Positions 37,101 to 45,979 of a DNA stretch of 57,780 bases are shown piece after piece. The stretch lies in the sequence record DRR378314_1793. One strand, given 5' to 3'. Position numbers and translations under genes: made by a program. Numbering within the stretch: the first letter of the stretch is position 1; the number at the start of each line of letters is the position of its first letter. The notes beneath the pieces are model-generated. The model was not told where the DNA came from, ran no database searches, and saw nothing but the letters and a program-made list of their open reading frames with translations.

Positions 37101-38174
37101 TGTATTGGTATGATAACGAGGTGAGTTAATAATATACTCTCCCTCAAGCGTGCCTTTTGCACCTGTAACTAGATCATCATCTTCTTTAATCTCTTTTTTA
37201 GTTTTTTCGATGATCTCAGGATCTTTCTCTGTTACTTCTTCTTCAAACTGTTTTGCTACCTGCTCGTTTGCAACAAGCTCTAGTGTACTATTAACGCCTT
37301 CTGGTAACGAATAGTCTGGATTATCAACAACAATCTTAATAAGTGTGGCTAACTGTATTTTTTCATCAGCATCAACATTTAATAATGCACTATCAAGCTC
37401 TGCTTCACTTGCAGGCTCTTTGCCATCACGTGTTAAAAGCGCAAACTCAGCAGTGGTAACATTAGTGATGTTTACACCAAAATTATCATTGCTATCGAGG
37501 GTTTTATCATCACCTGCTTGTGCGAGAAGTTTTTCGACTGAGCTCAATTGCGATACAAATTCAACACCTGGATTGAGCGTATCTAAGCCTTTTGCTTTAA
37601 CCCTTACTAGCTCTTGAGCTGATGATTCGTCAATATCTAACACCGCAGTGTAACGACCATTATCACCAGCTTGAACATTAAAAGACTCACTCCCAACCAC
37701 AATTTCAAGCTCAGCATTGGCAATAGGTTCATCTGTTACGATACCAGTAATCGTAACATTTGAAACTTTACGTTTAATGAGGACTTCTTGCGTTGATGAA
37801 GCGGTTGCTCCGTCATCATCTGTCACTGTAACAGTAAATTTGACCGTTACATCTTCTGTAATATCGGGAGAAGTAAATGTTGCTTCAGCAGTGTTTAGGC
37901 CGCTGCTGGTAAACTCAAAACTTGCATCATGGCTCCAACTGTAGGATGCAATGCTACCATCACTGTCAGAAGCTGTAGCGTTTAATGTTAACTCTTCTTG
38001 CTCAAGCGCATCTTCAACCGTAGCTTGGCTAACTGTAGGGCTTGAATTGGTTGCAGGGGGTGGTGTAGGTGTAGTTCCAGAAGAGCCCTCATCACCGCCG
38101 CCGCCACCGCAGCCTGCTAAAAGTAATGCCCCAGTGAATATACCCACACGAAGCTTTTTATTAAATAAATCCAT
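34179..38174 (-). CDS. Giant acidic surface lipoprotein (PKD/Ig-like domain, internal ~460-aa duplication)
   Basis: Lipobox LAGC + GGGG tether; SDSDGSIASYSW...VTVTDDDGA Ig/PKD-like domain; duplicated modules visible in the translation. Confidence 0.8.
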   Translation of the reverse strand: MDLFNKKLRVGIFTGALLLAGCGGGGGDEGSSGTTPTPPPATNSSPTVSQATVEDALEQEELTLNATASDSDGSIASYSWSHDASFEFTSSGLNTAEATFTSPDITEDVTVKFTVTVTDDDGATASSTQEVLIKRKVSNVTITGIVTDEPIANAELEIVVGSESFNVQAGDNGRYTAVLDIDESSAQELVRVKAKGLDTLNPGVEFVSQLSSVEKLLAQAGDDKTLDSNDNFGVNITNVTTAEFALLTRDGKEPASEAELDSALLNVDADEKIQLATLIKIVVDNPDYSLPEGVNSTLELVANEQVAKQFEEEVTEKDPEIIEKTKKEIKEDDDLVTGAKGTLEGEYIINSPRYHTNTAFHLSLMADGSGEFSANTSSAITWSENEGVYTLAFDKEVTIYQNSDAESSESLVLTGLSFLVLAENDVFRTIEITRSTERMIIDRNSGSVTKTTEEDETYTTNLIYKNKTISLLAEQLIGEWAFHAYENDYDTSDDPDLPETLQFYADGTGDVGSNSSEAFTWQLNSHSLTVNYDEDGETGQLELWFTKALSGGYQLVGLDTSFDEPSDTLTGLLIKKQAVTTTNEDLVGRWHGFIGTSQSYDLNIHSDGTTMIGLGITDWQGHLEDGQFIRKRFIYNNEVVTSCEGFDASCYLNSEMIHEFISIVDNLFYINRTINYYSPNGEISSQDGAILVYEYSKDLSYSAFTEELLENYTEFYSADGQTDRVYAEYDENGNVTYAIELEGQTYTGATFNDGVLSYDRNGEKWHFELVSSDTDSIVVCHYKDGGTCNAASQITYLPKRPKVTLTANSNGNGEISPASQASFFYQKVGFEIIPSDGFVLDAIEGCDGYVEGNHYIALAGNMDCGINATFKPQSLSANDYMLNNSDLYFAQAYGLTLDEGGAGLFTYNGASAISWYKTAEGVEVAPIDSIVVREFVGFKDVDGQQVETQNRLEISQIKLVGMPEKGKGWQWMTVTYDHFEDDIWIRSSTESANVYAYLNADFLTITESDIIGDWSVKTEYDDSTLNVTFNSDMTGTTVNLATDEVETFSWQFLEGTLVLNNAQDGNVDNLYMTKDINVGYQAAVKGSDQDGTYTDSIMMVRRNEVDVNAGNFIGRHEFRDGHDVDSHWSDFQLYEDGTLFFLFSKSSITGDFVNNRFVRTLYLDENYNIVEACDTAQPNCILYYEFVYKLIAADDNRYYVERITSMHNDETGSLEKSYAHLYVHDFSPSTKVEQFEEYNLQNSTVTLYKPDGSTWMLSSDSEDRTSYTIQIAEQPAIEMMLVDGKLSFVENGQDTLVELLDNDRESITVCKYLKGNTCQEQDKIQLSTIMP

Positions 38175-38262
38175 TTGTATCCCTCATTATAAAGGGATGC
38201 CTGTGAGCGACATCCCTAAACTTATAAAAGTCGCCCTAAAACGACTTTAGATTAAATATGTA

Positions 38263-39249
38263 TTACAATGCGCCTTTAATCTGCTGTAATTGCTCTGTGA
38301 ATGATAGATGTCTTAAATCTCCCAACCCAACAGCCTCTGTTAATTCAGCTAACTCATACTCAAATTTAAGTAATTTACTTTCAATATCTTTGTCATCTAA
38401 TGCTGTTTTTGTTTTTAAGTATTCATTGAAAAGGCTATTAATTCGTTTTATCTGGTGTGCTACTAAATTCGCTTCAAGCTTAATGTTGTCATAATCTCGG
38501 TAATTACTCTTTGCGTAGCTCTCACCTTGTGCTAATTGAGATTTAATATCGCTATATACAACAGGAAAAACGTCGGGTTTATCAGAATCAGCTAATTGAT
38601 AGATTTTGCGAATATGTTCTGAAAAATAAAACTGCACAACTGCATCTTTTTCAAGTGCTGTAAGTTGCTCTAAAAGTTGAGGAACATACTGTCTTACTTG
38701 TGATTCTTCACCCTCAATGAGTAATTCTTTTAACTCTTCATGTCTTTGCTCTAAGACGGTATAACGTTTTTCAAAATGAATTTTTGCATCAATTTGAGTA
38801 AGCACTGCAAACTCTTCCCTGACTGGTTTTAATACAGCTGTAATACGATCTTTTGAAAGATTAGCTGCAGTTACAAGGCTAATAACTTGCTGACATTGCT
38901 CCATTACTTCATCCGCAACCGTATCGGATGAAAATAATGATGCACTATCAAGCGCACGCTCCGGCGTAAGCCTTAGTTCTTCAAACTCGGCCTCAAGCAC
39001 TTGCCAAATTTTTTGAGCTTCCTCTACTTTTTCAATATCATACTCAGCGAGCGATTCAGATTTTATAAGGTTATAAGCAATTAACGCTTCCCCAAATGCT
39101 TGCTCTGCTTTTTGAAAAGCAGCTTGTTGTTGTTCCGGTGTTGCTTGTTCACCCGCTAAACCAGCAAGATCTTTTTGAACTGACTCAATCGTTTTGCAAC
39201 CACTCAATGTGATTCCCATAAAAATAGTTACGAGTAATAGTTTTCTCAT
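38263..39249 (-). CDS. Helical/coiled-coil lipoprotein, function unknown
   Basis: MRKLLL...LSGC lipobox; E/Q/L/A-rich; TAATG coupling with the upstream gene. Confidence 0.7.
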   Translation of the reverse strand: MRKLLLVTIFMGITLSGCKTIESVQKDLAGLAGEQATPEQQQAAFQKAEQAFGEALIAYNLIKSESLAEYDIEKVEEAQKIWQVLEAEFEELRLTPERALDSASLFSSDTVADEVMEQCQQVISLVTAANLSKDRITAVLKPVREEFAVLTQIDAKIHFEKRYTVLEQRHEELKELLIEGEESQVRQYVPQLLEQLTALEKDAVVQFYFSEHIRKIYQLADSDKPDVFPVVYSDIKSQLAQGESYAKSNYRDYDNIKLEANLVAHQIKRINSLFNEYLKTKTALDDKDIESKLLKFEYELAELTEAVGLGDLRHLSFTEQLQQIKGAL

Positions 39250-40199
39250 TAGTAGCTCCACTGTGCGCCAAGAGTGAATGAAACATTGCTATATTCAACT
39301 TCTGGTACTCTTAAACGTTGGCCATTTTCAAGGTTTTTAGTCACGATATCGCGCGATTTATATTGTGCGTCTATACCAGCAAGAATCGCAATGTGATTCA
39401 TAACCTGATAACGCATACCCGCTCTGGCAAACACTCCCCAACCATTAAAGCTATCGGTCAGTGTTGTTGTTTCAAATTGGGTGTTCTGAATTTCAGAGTA
39501 CATTGGACTACTTACTTCGCCTTCTAAATACCAACTATATTTATTAAAACTGTCTTTGAGGCGGCTGTCATAGCGAGCACCTAGAGTAAGTAAAATACCC
39601 ATTTGATCTTCGGATACAGATATCACTGGACGAAGTTGAGATGTGTAGTTTTGCTGTGAACCTGTTTGCCCGCCTTCCATACCAGGTAAAGTAAAGCGTG
39701 CAGGATTAGTAGGATCATCTGAAATAGCAATTAAGGCCTTATCAAATGAATCAGCACCTGGCTGTACAAAAGAAAAGTTTGAACGTGTAAAGCTGGAAGT
39801 AAAAAACTTTGTACCCACTGTGAATTGTATTGCTTGTGAAAAATTATAAGCACCTTTAAAACCAATCTCATTGGCTTTGAGTTTAAATGCATTTTGCTGA
39901 ACAGCACCAAACTCCCCCATATACCAAGTTTCAGTTGCGATATCAGTCGAGATTGTTGCAGCACTCTCAACATAAAAACCCCAATCATCATCTATACCTG
40001 TGTAAGAAAGCTGACGTATCGCTGGGTTGGTAACATCTATCGATTGGCTAAGCTGACCAAAGCCTGCAACATCGTTTAGGGTTTCACTATAGCCTATTGT
40101 TTCAAGGCCTATACGCACTTCACTAAAAGAAGGGTTCGGTGTTGCATAGACTGATGCGCTAAAAAGGACGGGTATTAATAGAGGTAATTTCATGAACAT
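39249..40199 (-). CDS. Putative outer-membrane beta-barrel protein
   Basis: Signal peptide, alternating amphipathic strands, C-terminal aromatic BAM-type end (LGAQWSY). Confidence 0.65.
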   Translation of the reverse strand: MFMKLPLLIPVLFSASVYATPNPSFSEVRIGLETIGYSETLNDVAGFGQLSQSIDVTNPAIRQLSYTGIDDDWGFYVESAATISTDIATETWYMGEFGAVQQNAFKLKANEIGFKGAYNFSQAIQFTVGTKFFTSSFTRSNFSFVQPGADSFDKALIAISDDPTNPARFTLPGMEGGQTGSQQNYTSQLRPVISVSEDQMGILLTLGARYDSRLKDSFNKYSWYLEGEVSSPMYSEIQNTQFETTTLTDSFNGWGVFARAGMRYQVMNHIAILAGIDAQYKSRDIVTKNLENGQRLRVPEVEYSNVSFTLGAQWSY

Positions 40200-40880
40200 G
40201 CCTTATTCTCTGCTATAAAGTTACCCAAATAGAAGAGAGCAAAGCTCTACGTACCCTCCCTGGTAACAAAAAATAACATTTGTTAAAATGTTTTAAACAC
40301 ACGTAATTTTAGTCCCTTACAATTATGCGTCAAGCAAAAATGAACGCTGACTTAATAAAAAATTCGCAATAAAAGGACTTAAGAAGCTAACTTAACCATA
40401 AATCATTAATTTAAAAGAATTTTTAAATTAATATATTGTAAGTCTTTTTAGTATAATCGAATTTTGATAGAAGCTCAGATAGTTGAGAAGCTCGTTTGGC
40501 TGAGTTGATGTAAATAACTTACTCATATTTGCAGCCTCGATTAGAGCGCGCATTTAGTATGAATTTCTATACTTGCAAGAATACGGTTATAAAATAAAGC
40601 ATTTGCAACATAAAGTTGACCAACATTACTTGGGTCTGTTAAAACTTCACCCATTTTCTGTTCTGCGATACTTAATAGTAGCCGCATATCATCAAAATTA
40701 TTTATCCAAATAAAAACAAAAATAATTTAAGCAGCAAGGGGTTAGAGTACTCTAATGATGAACCCTTGTGCGTTGAGGTAAGAGCAAAATCGGCATAGCA
40801 CAAAGCTTTAGTAAATATTAAAAAGTGAAAGGCCATTTCATGGATATAACATAAATTGATCATCACTGAATAACAGGCAT

Positions 40881-40908
40881 AAAAAAACCCAGCAAAAGCT
40901 GGGTTTTT
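40881..40908 (-). terminator. Intrinsic terminator after ompA
   Basis: AAAAAAACCCAGC-AAAA-GCTGGGTTTTT. Confidence 0.92.
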
Positions 40909-40924
40909 AGAACAGTATTATAAA

Positions 40925-41986
40925 TTAACGCTTAACTTTAACGCGCTCAATTACTGTTACGTGTGCTTCAACACGACGGTTTTCAGCATGTGCTGCTGCC
41001 GTGTTAGCTTCATTTTTAAGACGCTCTTCACCTAAACCAACCGTGATGATGCGCTCTTTTTCAATGCCATCTTCGATAAGGCGAGCTGCAACTGAATCTG
41101 CACGCTTTTTAGATAACCATTTATTGTAGTCTGCTTTACCTACAGCTGAAGTGTGACCTTCTAGAAGCACTTCAGTACCTGGGTGCTCATTTAAGAAAGC
41201 AACAGCTGCATCGATGTCATCTAAGTACTTTTGTGAAACTTTAGCTGTATTGTTAGGGAACGTAATTAGTAAGCTCTTAGTTACTTCACGATCTTCATAT
41301 AGAGTACAGCCAGTGCCGTCTACTGCATCAGTCATCGGTGTGTTAGCACACTGATCATCTGCATCAGGAATATTGTCGTTATCGCTGTCTGTTGGAGCAA
41401 CAGCAACTGGAACAACTGCTGCTACTGGTGCAGCTTCTACTGGTGCAGCAGATGAGCTTTGATTGCCAAACAAGTAGCTTAGACCTAGCTTAGCGCCAAC
41501 ATCAGTGTAACCACGGTCAAGACCTTGGAAGATTGATGTTTCTGCGTTGAACGCGAAGTTATCAGTGAAATAATGTTGGTAACCAGCACCTACGTTAGCA
41601 AATGTAAGGCTTTCCATTGCATCAACGTTTTTAAGACCAACGATACCGTAAAAAGGACCGCCATTGATGTGATAAAGTGCATCAACACCTAAACGATCAC
41701 CTTCTAGGCTTGTTGCTGTCATTGCTGGGTTTGAACTTGAAATGTCAAAGTCCATGTCAGCATACTCTAAACGTGCACTCCAGTAATCGCTAAAGCGATA
41801 ACCTAGTTCAAGACCCCAACCTGTTGAATCATCAACGTTAGTGCCGGCACTACCACGAACATTTTCCCAAGAAGCGTCATAGTAATCACCAAATGCGCCG
41901 ATAAAGAAACCTTCTTTTTCAGCCGCGAAGCTTGAAGCGCTAGTTGCAGCTAGTGCCAAAGCAATAGTAAGAGATTTTAATTTCAT
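40925..41986 (-). CDS. OmpA/OprF family outer membrane protein
   Basis: N-terminal barrel, Ala/Pro hinge, DSDNDNIPDADDQC...GC Ca-binding linker, GHTS, NKWLSKKRA, NRRVE. Confidence 0.93.
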   Translation of the reverse strand: MKLKSLTIALALAATSASSFAAEKEGFFIGAFGDYYDASWENVRGSAGTNVDDSTGWGLELGYRFSDYWSARLEYADMDFDISSSNPAMTATSLEGDRLGVDALYHINGGPFYGIVGLKNVDAMESLTFANVGAGYQHYFTDNFAFNAETSIFQGLDRGYTDVGAKLGLSYLFGNQSSSAAPVEAAPVAAVVPVAVAPTDSDNDNIPDADDQCANTPMTDAVDGTGCTLYEDREVTKSLLITFPNNTAKVSQKYLDDIDAAVAFLNEHPGTEVLLEGHTSAVGKADYNKWLSKKRADSVAARLIEDGIEKERIITVGLGEERLKNEANTAAAHAENRRVEAHVTVIERVKVKR

Positions 41987-42446
41987 TGTTTCCTTCCCAT
42001 TTTCACAATTAAAATTGTAGCTAAGTGACCCTAGCCTAATTAAGTATTACCAGAGTACAGAATCTTTTGTTAATCATTACTTAACGAAAACACATTCATG
42101 GTGTTTTTTTATAAAAGTATTTTTAGAATAAAAACGCTAATCAGTATAGACCAGATAATAAACTTTACCTAACCTACGAAAAAACTGCATTTTAAACTTA
42201 CAATAAACATCTAAATTCAATTATTTAACGTATCGCCACCTATATAAAATTAGCGATACAGATTTTAAAACCCTTATTAGCATTATATTGCTTAATTTTG
42301 AATCAACAAGTAGTAACCGTGTTTATTTCCAATAAATGCCTATAAATAACAGTTAATAATTGCAACTTGGCGCATTGAGCCAGTAATAATTCATTATCTA
42401 AATTTTTATTGATGCTACACAAGCATGTTTTTTGCAGCCCTGCTTA

Positions 42447-43856
42447 TTAAGTACCACAAAAAGTTTGATAATTTTTTTCATCTGAAGCTGCATAATTCCA
42501 TGACTCATTGATGCTTTGAGTATAGGGGTTTTGCAGTGCTTGTAAGTATTCGCTTAGTATGGGACTTTGGTTCGATTCAGCAAAGTCTTTTAGGATTTTT
42601 TCTACCATATAGTTACGCGGGATCAATGTTGGATTAACTTTTCGCATGATTGAGTAACTTTGTTTGTGTGTCCTGTGAGCCCACTTCTCAGACCAAGAGG
42701 ATAATACCGAAGGAAGTGTTACACTTTCTTTCAACGACCTCGTTAAACTGTCAAACGTATTGGTATAGTCAAGAGAGTTATCTTTTAACAATGCTAATAA
42801 CTCAGCCACTAACTCGCTATCTTCAGGTTTGTGCCCATCCAACCCTAGCTTTTGCGCCCACATGTCAGTAAATGCGTGATTAAACTTTTCTGCAAAACTA
42901 TTAATTAGAGGGCTAAGTAAAGCAACGGCTTGTTCATCATCTTCGTTTATTAACGGTATTAAACTCTCAGCTAACCGTGCGCAATTCCAGTTTGCAATAT
43001 TAGGTTGATTGCCGAATGCGTAACGGCCTTGACGGTCAATGGAGCTAAATACTGTATCAAAATCAAAGTTATTCATCATCGCACACGGGCCATAATCAAT
43101 GGTTTCACCGCTGACAAGTGTGTTATCTGTATTCATTACACCGTGAATAAACCCCACCCGCATCCAGCTCACAACTAGTTCTATTTGTTTTTTTATTACC
43201 TCATTCAAGAAGGCTAAATAACGCTCAGGACCCGTGCTTTGTATATGTGGATAATGTCGTGTAATTGCCAAATCAGCTAAGGCTTTTAAACCTACAACAT
43301 CTCCTTGCGTTGCTAAATACTGAAATGACCCTACTCTGATATGACTTGATGCAACTCGAGTCACAATCGCGCCAGGCTGTGGTGGTTGTCTGTAAACGGT
43401 TTCGCCCGTTGCGACCACCGCTAAACATCGAGTTGTCGGCACGCCTAGTGCGTGCATTGCTTCACTCATTATGTATTCACGTACTGCCGGGCCAATAGCG
43501 CAGCGGCCATCACCACCACGAGAAAACGGTGTCGCCCCAGAGCCTTTTAACTGAATGTCCCAAAGCAACCCTTGTTGATCGGCAACAGCCCCAAGTAAAT
43601 GCGCGCGGCCATCTCCTAAGCGAGGTGAAAAGTGACCAAATTGATGGCCAGAATAGCCCAGCGCAACGGGCGCTACAGTTGAGTCTATTTGGTTACCACT
43701 AAGCACTGCGGCTTGCTGTGCTGATGAAACATCAATACTCAATTGTTTAGCCACAGCGTCGTTAAATAACAGCAGCGAGGGCTCGCCAACTGGACTCGGT
43801 CTATCGGCGATAGCAAATTGCTCTGCTATGTCGGTATAGCGTGATACTAATTTCAT
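42447..43856 (-). CDS. selO: Protein adenylyltransferase SelO (YdiU)
   Basis: YSGHQFG, LGDGRA, QLKGSGATPFSRGGDGR, HGVMNTDN, IDYGP, C-terminal TFCGT. Confidence 0.93.
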   Translation of the reverse strand: MKLVSRYTDIAEQFAIADRPSPVGEPSLLLFNDAVAKQLSIDVSSAQQAAVLSGNQIDSTVAPVALGYSGHQFGHFSPRLGDGRAHLLGAVADQQGLLWDIQLKGSGATPFSRGGDGRCAIGPAVREYIMSEAMHALGVPTTRCLAVVATGETVYRQPPQPGAIVTRVASSHIRVGSFQYLATQGDVVGLKALADLAITRHYPHIQSTGPERYLAFLNEVIKKQIELVVSWMRVGFIHGVMNTDNTLVSGETIDYGPCAMMNNFDFDTVFSSIDRQGRYAFGNQPNIANWNCARLAESLIPLINEDDEQAVALLSPLINSFAEKFNHAFTDMWAQKLGLDGHKPEDSELVAELLALLKDNSLDYTNTFDSLTRSLKESVTLPSVLSSWSEKWAHRTHKQSYSIMRKVNPTLIPRNYMVEKILKDFAESNQSPILSEYLQALQNPYTQSINESWNYAASDEKNYQTFCGT

Positions 43857-43873
43857 TAAATTACCTTTCGCCG

Positions 43874-44578
43874 CTACTGCGGTTCAGTTGTTTGAATACC
43901 CACACGGTTATCACCCACGCTATAGGCTACGATTAAGCTTAGCTCTTGTAAACTTAAGCCACTTTGTTGCTGTAATTCATTAAAAAATGCTTGTGCGGCA
44001 GTGAGCGACTTTTTAGTTTGTAAGCCACCATCAATAATTTTATGTGCGCGCAAGTAGCTTTCTACGTCGCGTGAAAGTAAAAACGTATCTTTACCTAGAG
44101 TTCTTAATGCATAAGGCCCAGTGTTACCACCTAAGCGCGCACCGTGTTTTTTTAAATACGCCCATAAGCCAATAATGTCGTCTGTAGGCCAGTTTGCAAT
44201 AAACGCACTAAAACTGCCGTGTTCACTCGCTACTTCATGAATCATATATGCGTTATCAGTAATGGTTTGTACTTTTTTAAAGTTACGCACAATACGCTCA
44301 TCACTGGCTTTTTGTTCTAGCATATCAGGTGGCATCATCAGTAACTTTTCAACACTAAAATCCCAAAATACTTCCCTAAAACCAGCCCACTTACTATTAA
44401 TAACAGACCAATAAAAGCCACTTTGAAACACTTTACGGGTAAATTCCTCAAGCCATGCGTCATCAGGTAAGCTTTTCAGCTGAGACGGTTTTAAGGGCGG
44501 ATGTAATAGCTGCTGAAGCATGGCCTTACCGCCTTTTCTTTGTGCTGCTCGTTTATATATATCCTGAAACTTTTCCAT
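43874..44578 (-). CDS. DNA-3-methyladenine glycosylase I family protein
   Basis: VFQSGFYWSVINSKWAGFREVF, IVRN, RLGGNTG. Confidence 0.8.
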   Translation of the reverse strand: MEKFQDIYKRAAQRKGGKAMLQQLLHPPLKPSQLKSLPDDAWLEEFTRKVFQSGFYWSVINSKWAGFREVFWDFSVEKLLMMPPDMLEQKASDERIVRNFKKVQTITDNAYMIHEVASEHGSFSAFIANWPTDDIIGLWAYLKKHGARLGGNTGPYALRTLGKDTFLLSRDVESYLRAHKIIDGGLQTKKSLTAAQAFFNELQQQSGLSLQELSLIVAYSVGDNRVGIQTTEPQ

Positions 44579-44666
44579 CGTTTTACTACCTTTGCTGTTT
44601 CTGCTTATTAGTGTACGGAAAAATGACCTTATACGTAATACTCTCGAGTAAACGATCGCTTCTACC

Positions 44667-44696
44667 TTGACACCTAGACGGCTAAAATGCTTTAAT
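44667..44696 (+). promoter_or_regulatory. Putative sigma70 promoter of the lysine operon
   Basis: TTGACA-18 nt-TTTAAT with extended -10 TG. Confidence 0.6.
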
Positions 44697-44752
44697 CACC
44701 GCCATTACCCCTATTTAAGGTGTGAGTTTGAACATTTTAAACTCACACTGTG

Positions 44753-44942
44753 GGCTAGAAGAGGTGCGTTATTCAGGTAACGTATGTGAGGAGCACACAC
44801 TCCAGTGATCATACGTGAGGGGAATTAACGCCGAGAAATAACACTTTTTGTGAAGGGTTATTTCGGGCGACTGGGTTGAATCCCAGCGACTGTCACCAAC
44901 AACAGCTGCGCTGTTGATAAGTTTGGTGGAGAGCTTCTGGTC
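44753..44942 (+). ncRNA. Lysine riboswitch (L-box)
   Basis: P1 GGCTAGAAG/CTTCTGGTC, AGAGGTGC, GGGGAAT...CGCCGAG, CTGGG-TTGAAT-CCCAG, ACTGTCACCA...TGGTGGAGAGCT; upstream of dapA. Confidence 0.93.
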
Positions 44943-45079
44943 TTAGCATAATAAGGCCTGCGCGCCCTATTATTTAAGCCCATTCGCTCTTCGAATTTTA
45001 AAGTTCGACTGATGTAAATGCGGCATATCTATATTTCTTCCTCATTTTACTCAGCGAACACCTGATAAGTTCGTTGCAG

Positions 45080-45964
45080 ATGAAAAACAACCTTAATTTA
45101 AACGACTACCCGCTATGGACCGCTCTCGTCACGCCTTTTACTGACCGCGGCGAAGTAGATTATGCGGTACTTGAACAACTTGTTGCACAACAACAAGCTG
45201 CTAATAATGGCATTTTACTACTCGGTAGTACGGGCGAAGGCTTAGCGCTTAGTCTGAAAGAGCAACAAGCCATTGTTGAGCATGTATGTCAGTTAGAACT
45301 CAATGTGCCATTAATGGTTGCCGTTGGCGGTATGAACCTAACCCAACAAATTGCGTGGGTAGAGTACTGTAATCAACTGCCTATTCACGGTTATTTACTG
45401 GGCTCACCGCTGTATGCCAAGCCTGGCGTTGTAGGTCAAACTCATTGGTTTGAAAGCCTACTCAACGCAAGTGATCACCCATGCATGCTCTATAACGTAC
45501 CTGGTCGCAGTGCGGTAGATATTCCACCAGCCGTTGTTAGCACTTTAAAGGATCATAAAAATTTATGGGCACTTAAAGAAGCCAGCGGTGATATTGCTAA
45601 ATTTGAAGGGTTTAGAAAAGCCTCGCCAGAGTTAGCAATATTCAGCGGTGATGATGCCCTTATGCCTTATTTTTCTCAAGCCGGAGCGAAAGGCTTGGTT
45701 TCTGTAGCAGCTAATGCATGGCCAGCACAAACCCATGAGTTTGTTAAGCGCAGCCTTAGCGGTCAGCACCCAAATTTATTTGCTGATTGGTCGCAAGCAA
45801 TCCATAGCTTGTTTGCCGTCGCAAACCCCATTCCCGTAAAAGTTTTGATGCATTTACAAGGGCGACTAAACAGCCCGTATTTGCGTCCACCGTTAACTCA
45901 TCTCGAGCTAACGCAAACAGATTGCATTAACAATGCAAACAACACCATTTTATCTTGGCATTAA
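45080..45964 (+). CDS. dapA: 4-hydroxy-tetrahydrodipicolinate synthase
   Basis: TALVTPF, GSTGE, LYNVPGR, LKEASGD (Schiff-base Lys), SGDD, NPIPVK; ATG 45080 chosen over TTG 45074. Confidence 0.9.
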   Translation: MKNNLNLNDYPLWTALVTPFTDRGEVDYAVLEQLVAQQQAANNGILLLGSTGEGLALSLKEQQAIVEHVCQLELNVPLMVAVGGMNLTQQIAWVEYCNQLPIHGYLLGSPLYAKPGVVGQTHWFESLLNASDHPCMLYNVPGRSAVDIPPAVVSTLKDHKNLWALKEASGDIAKFEGFRKASPELAIFSGDDALMPYFSQAGAKGLVSVAANAWPAQTHEFVKRSLSGQHPNLFADWSQAIHSLFAVANPIPVKVLMHLQGRLNSPYLRPPLTHLELTQTDCINNANNTILSWH

Positions 45965-45979
45965 ACACAGGTTTTTATA

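Noticed and set aside
42447-43856. Selenocysteine recoding in SelO
   Set aside because: The ORF ends TFCGT with a TAA stop; no in-frame TGA
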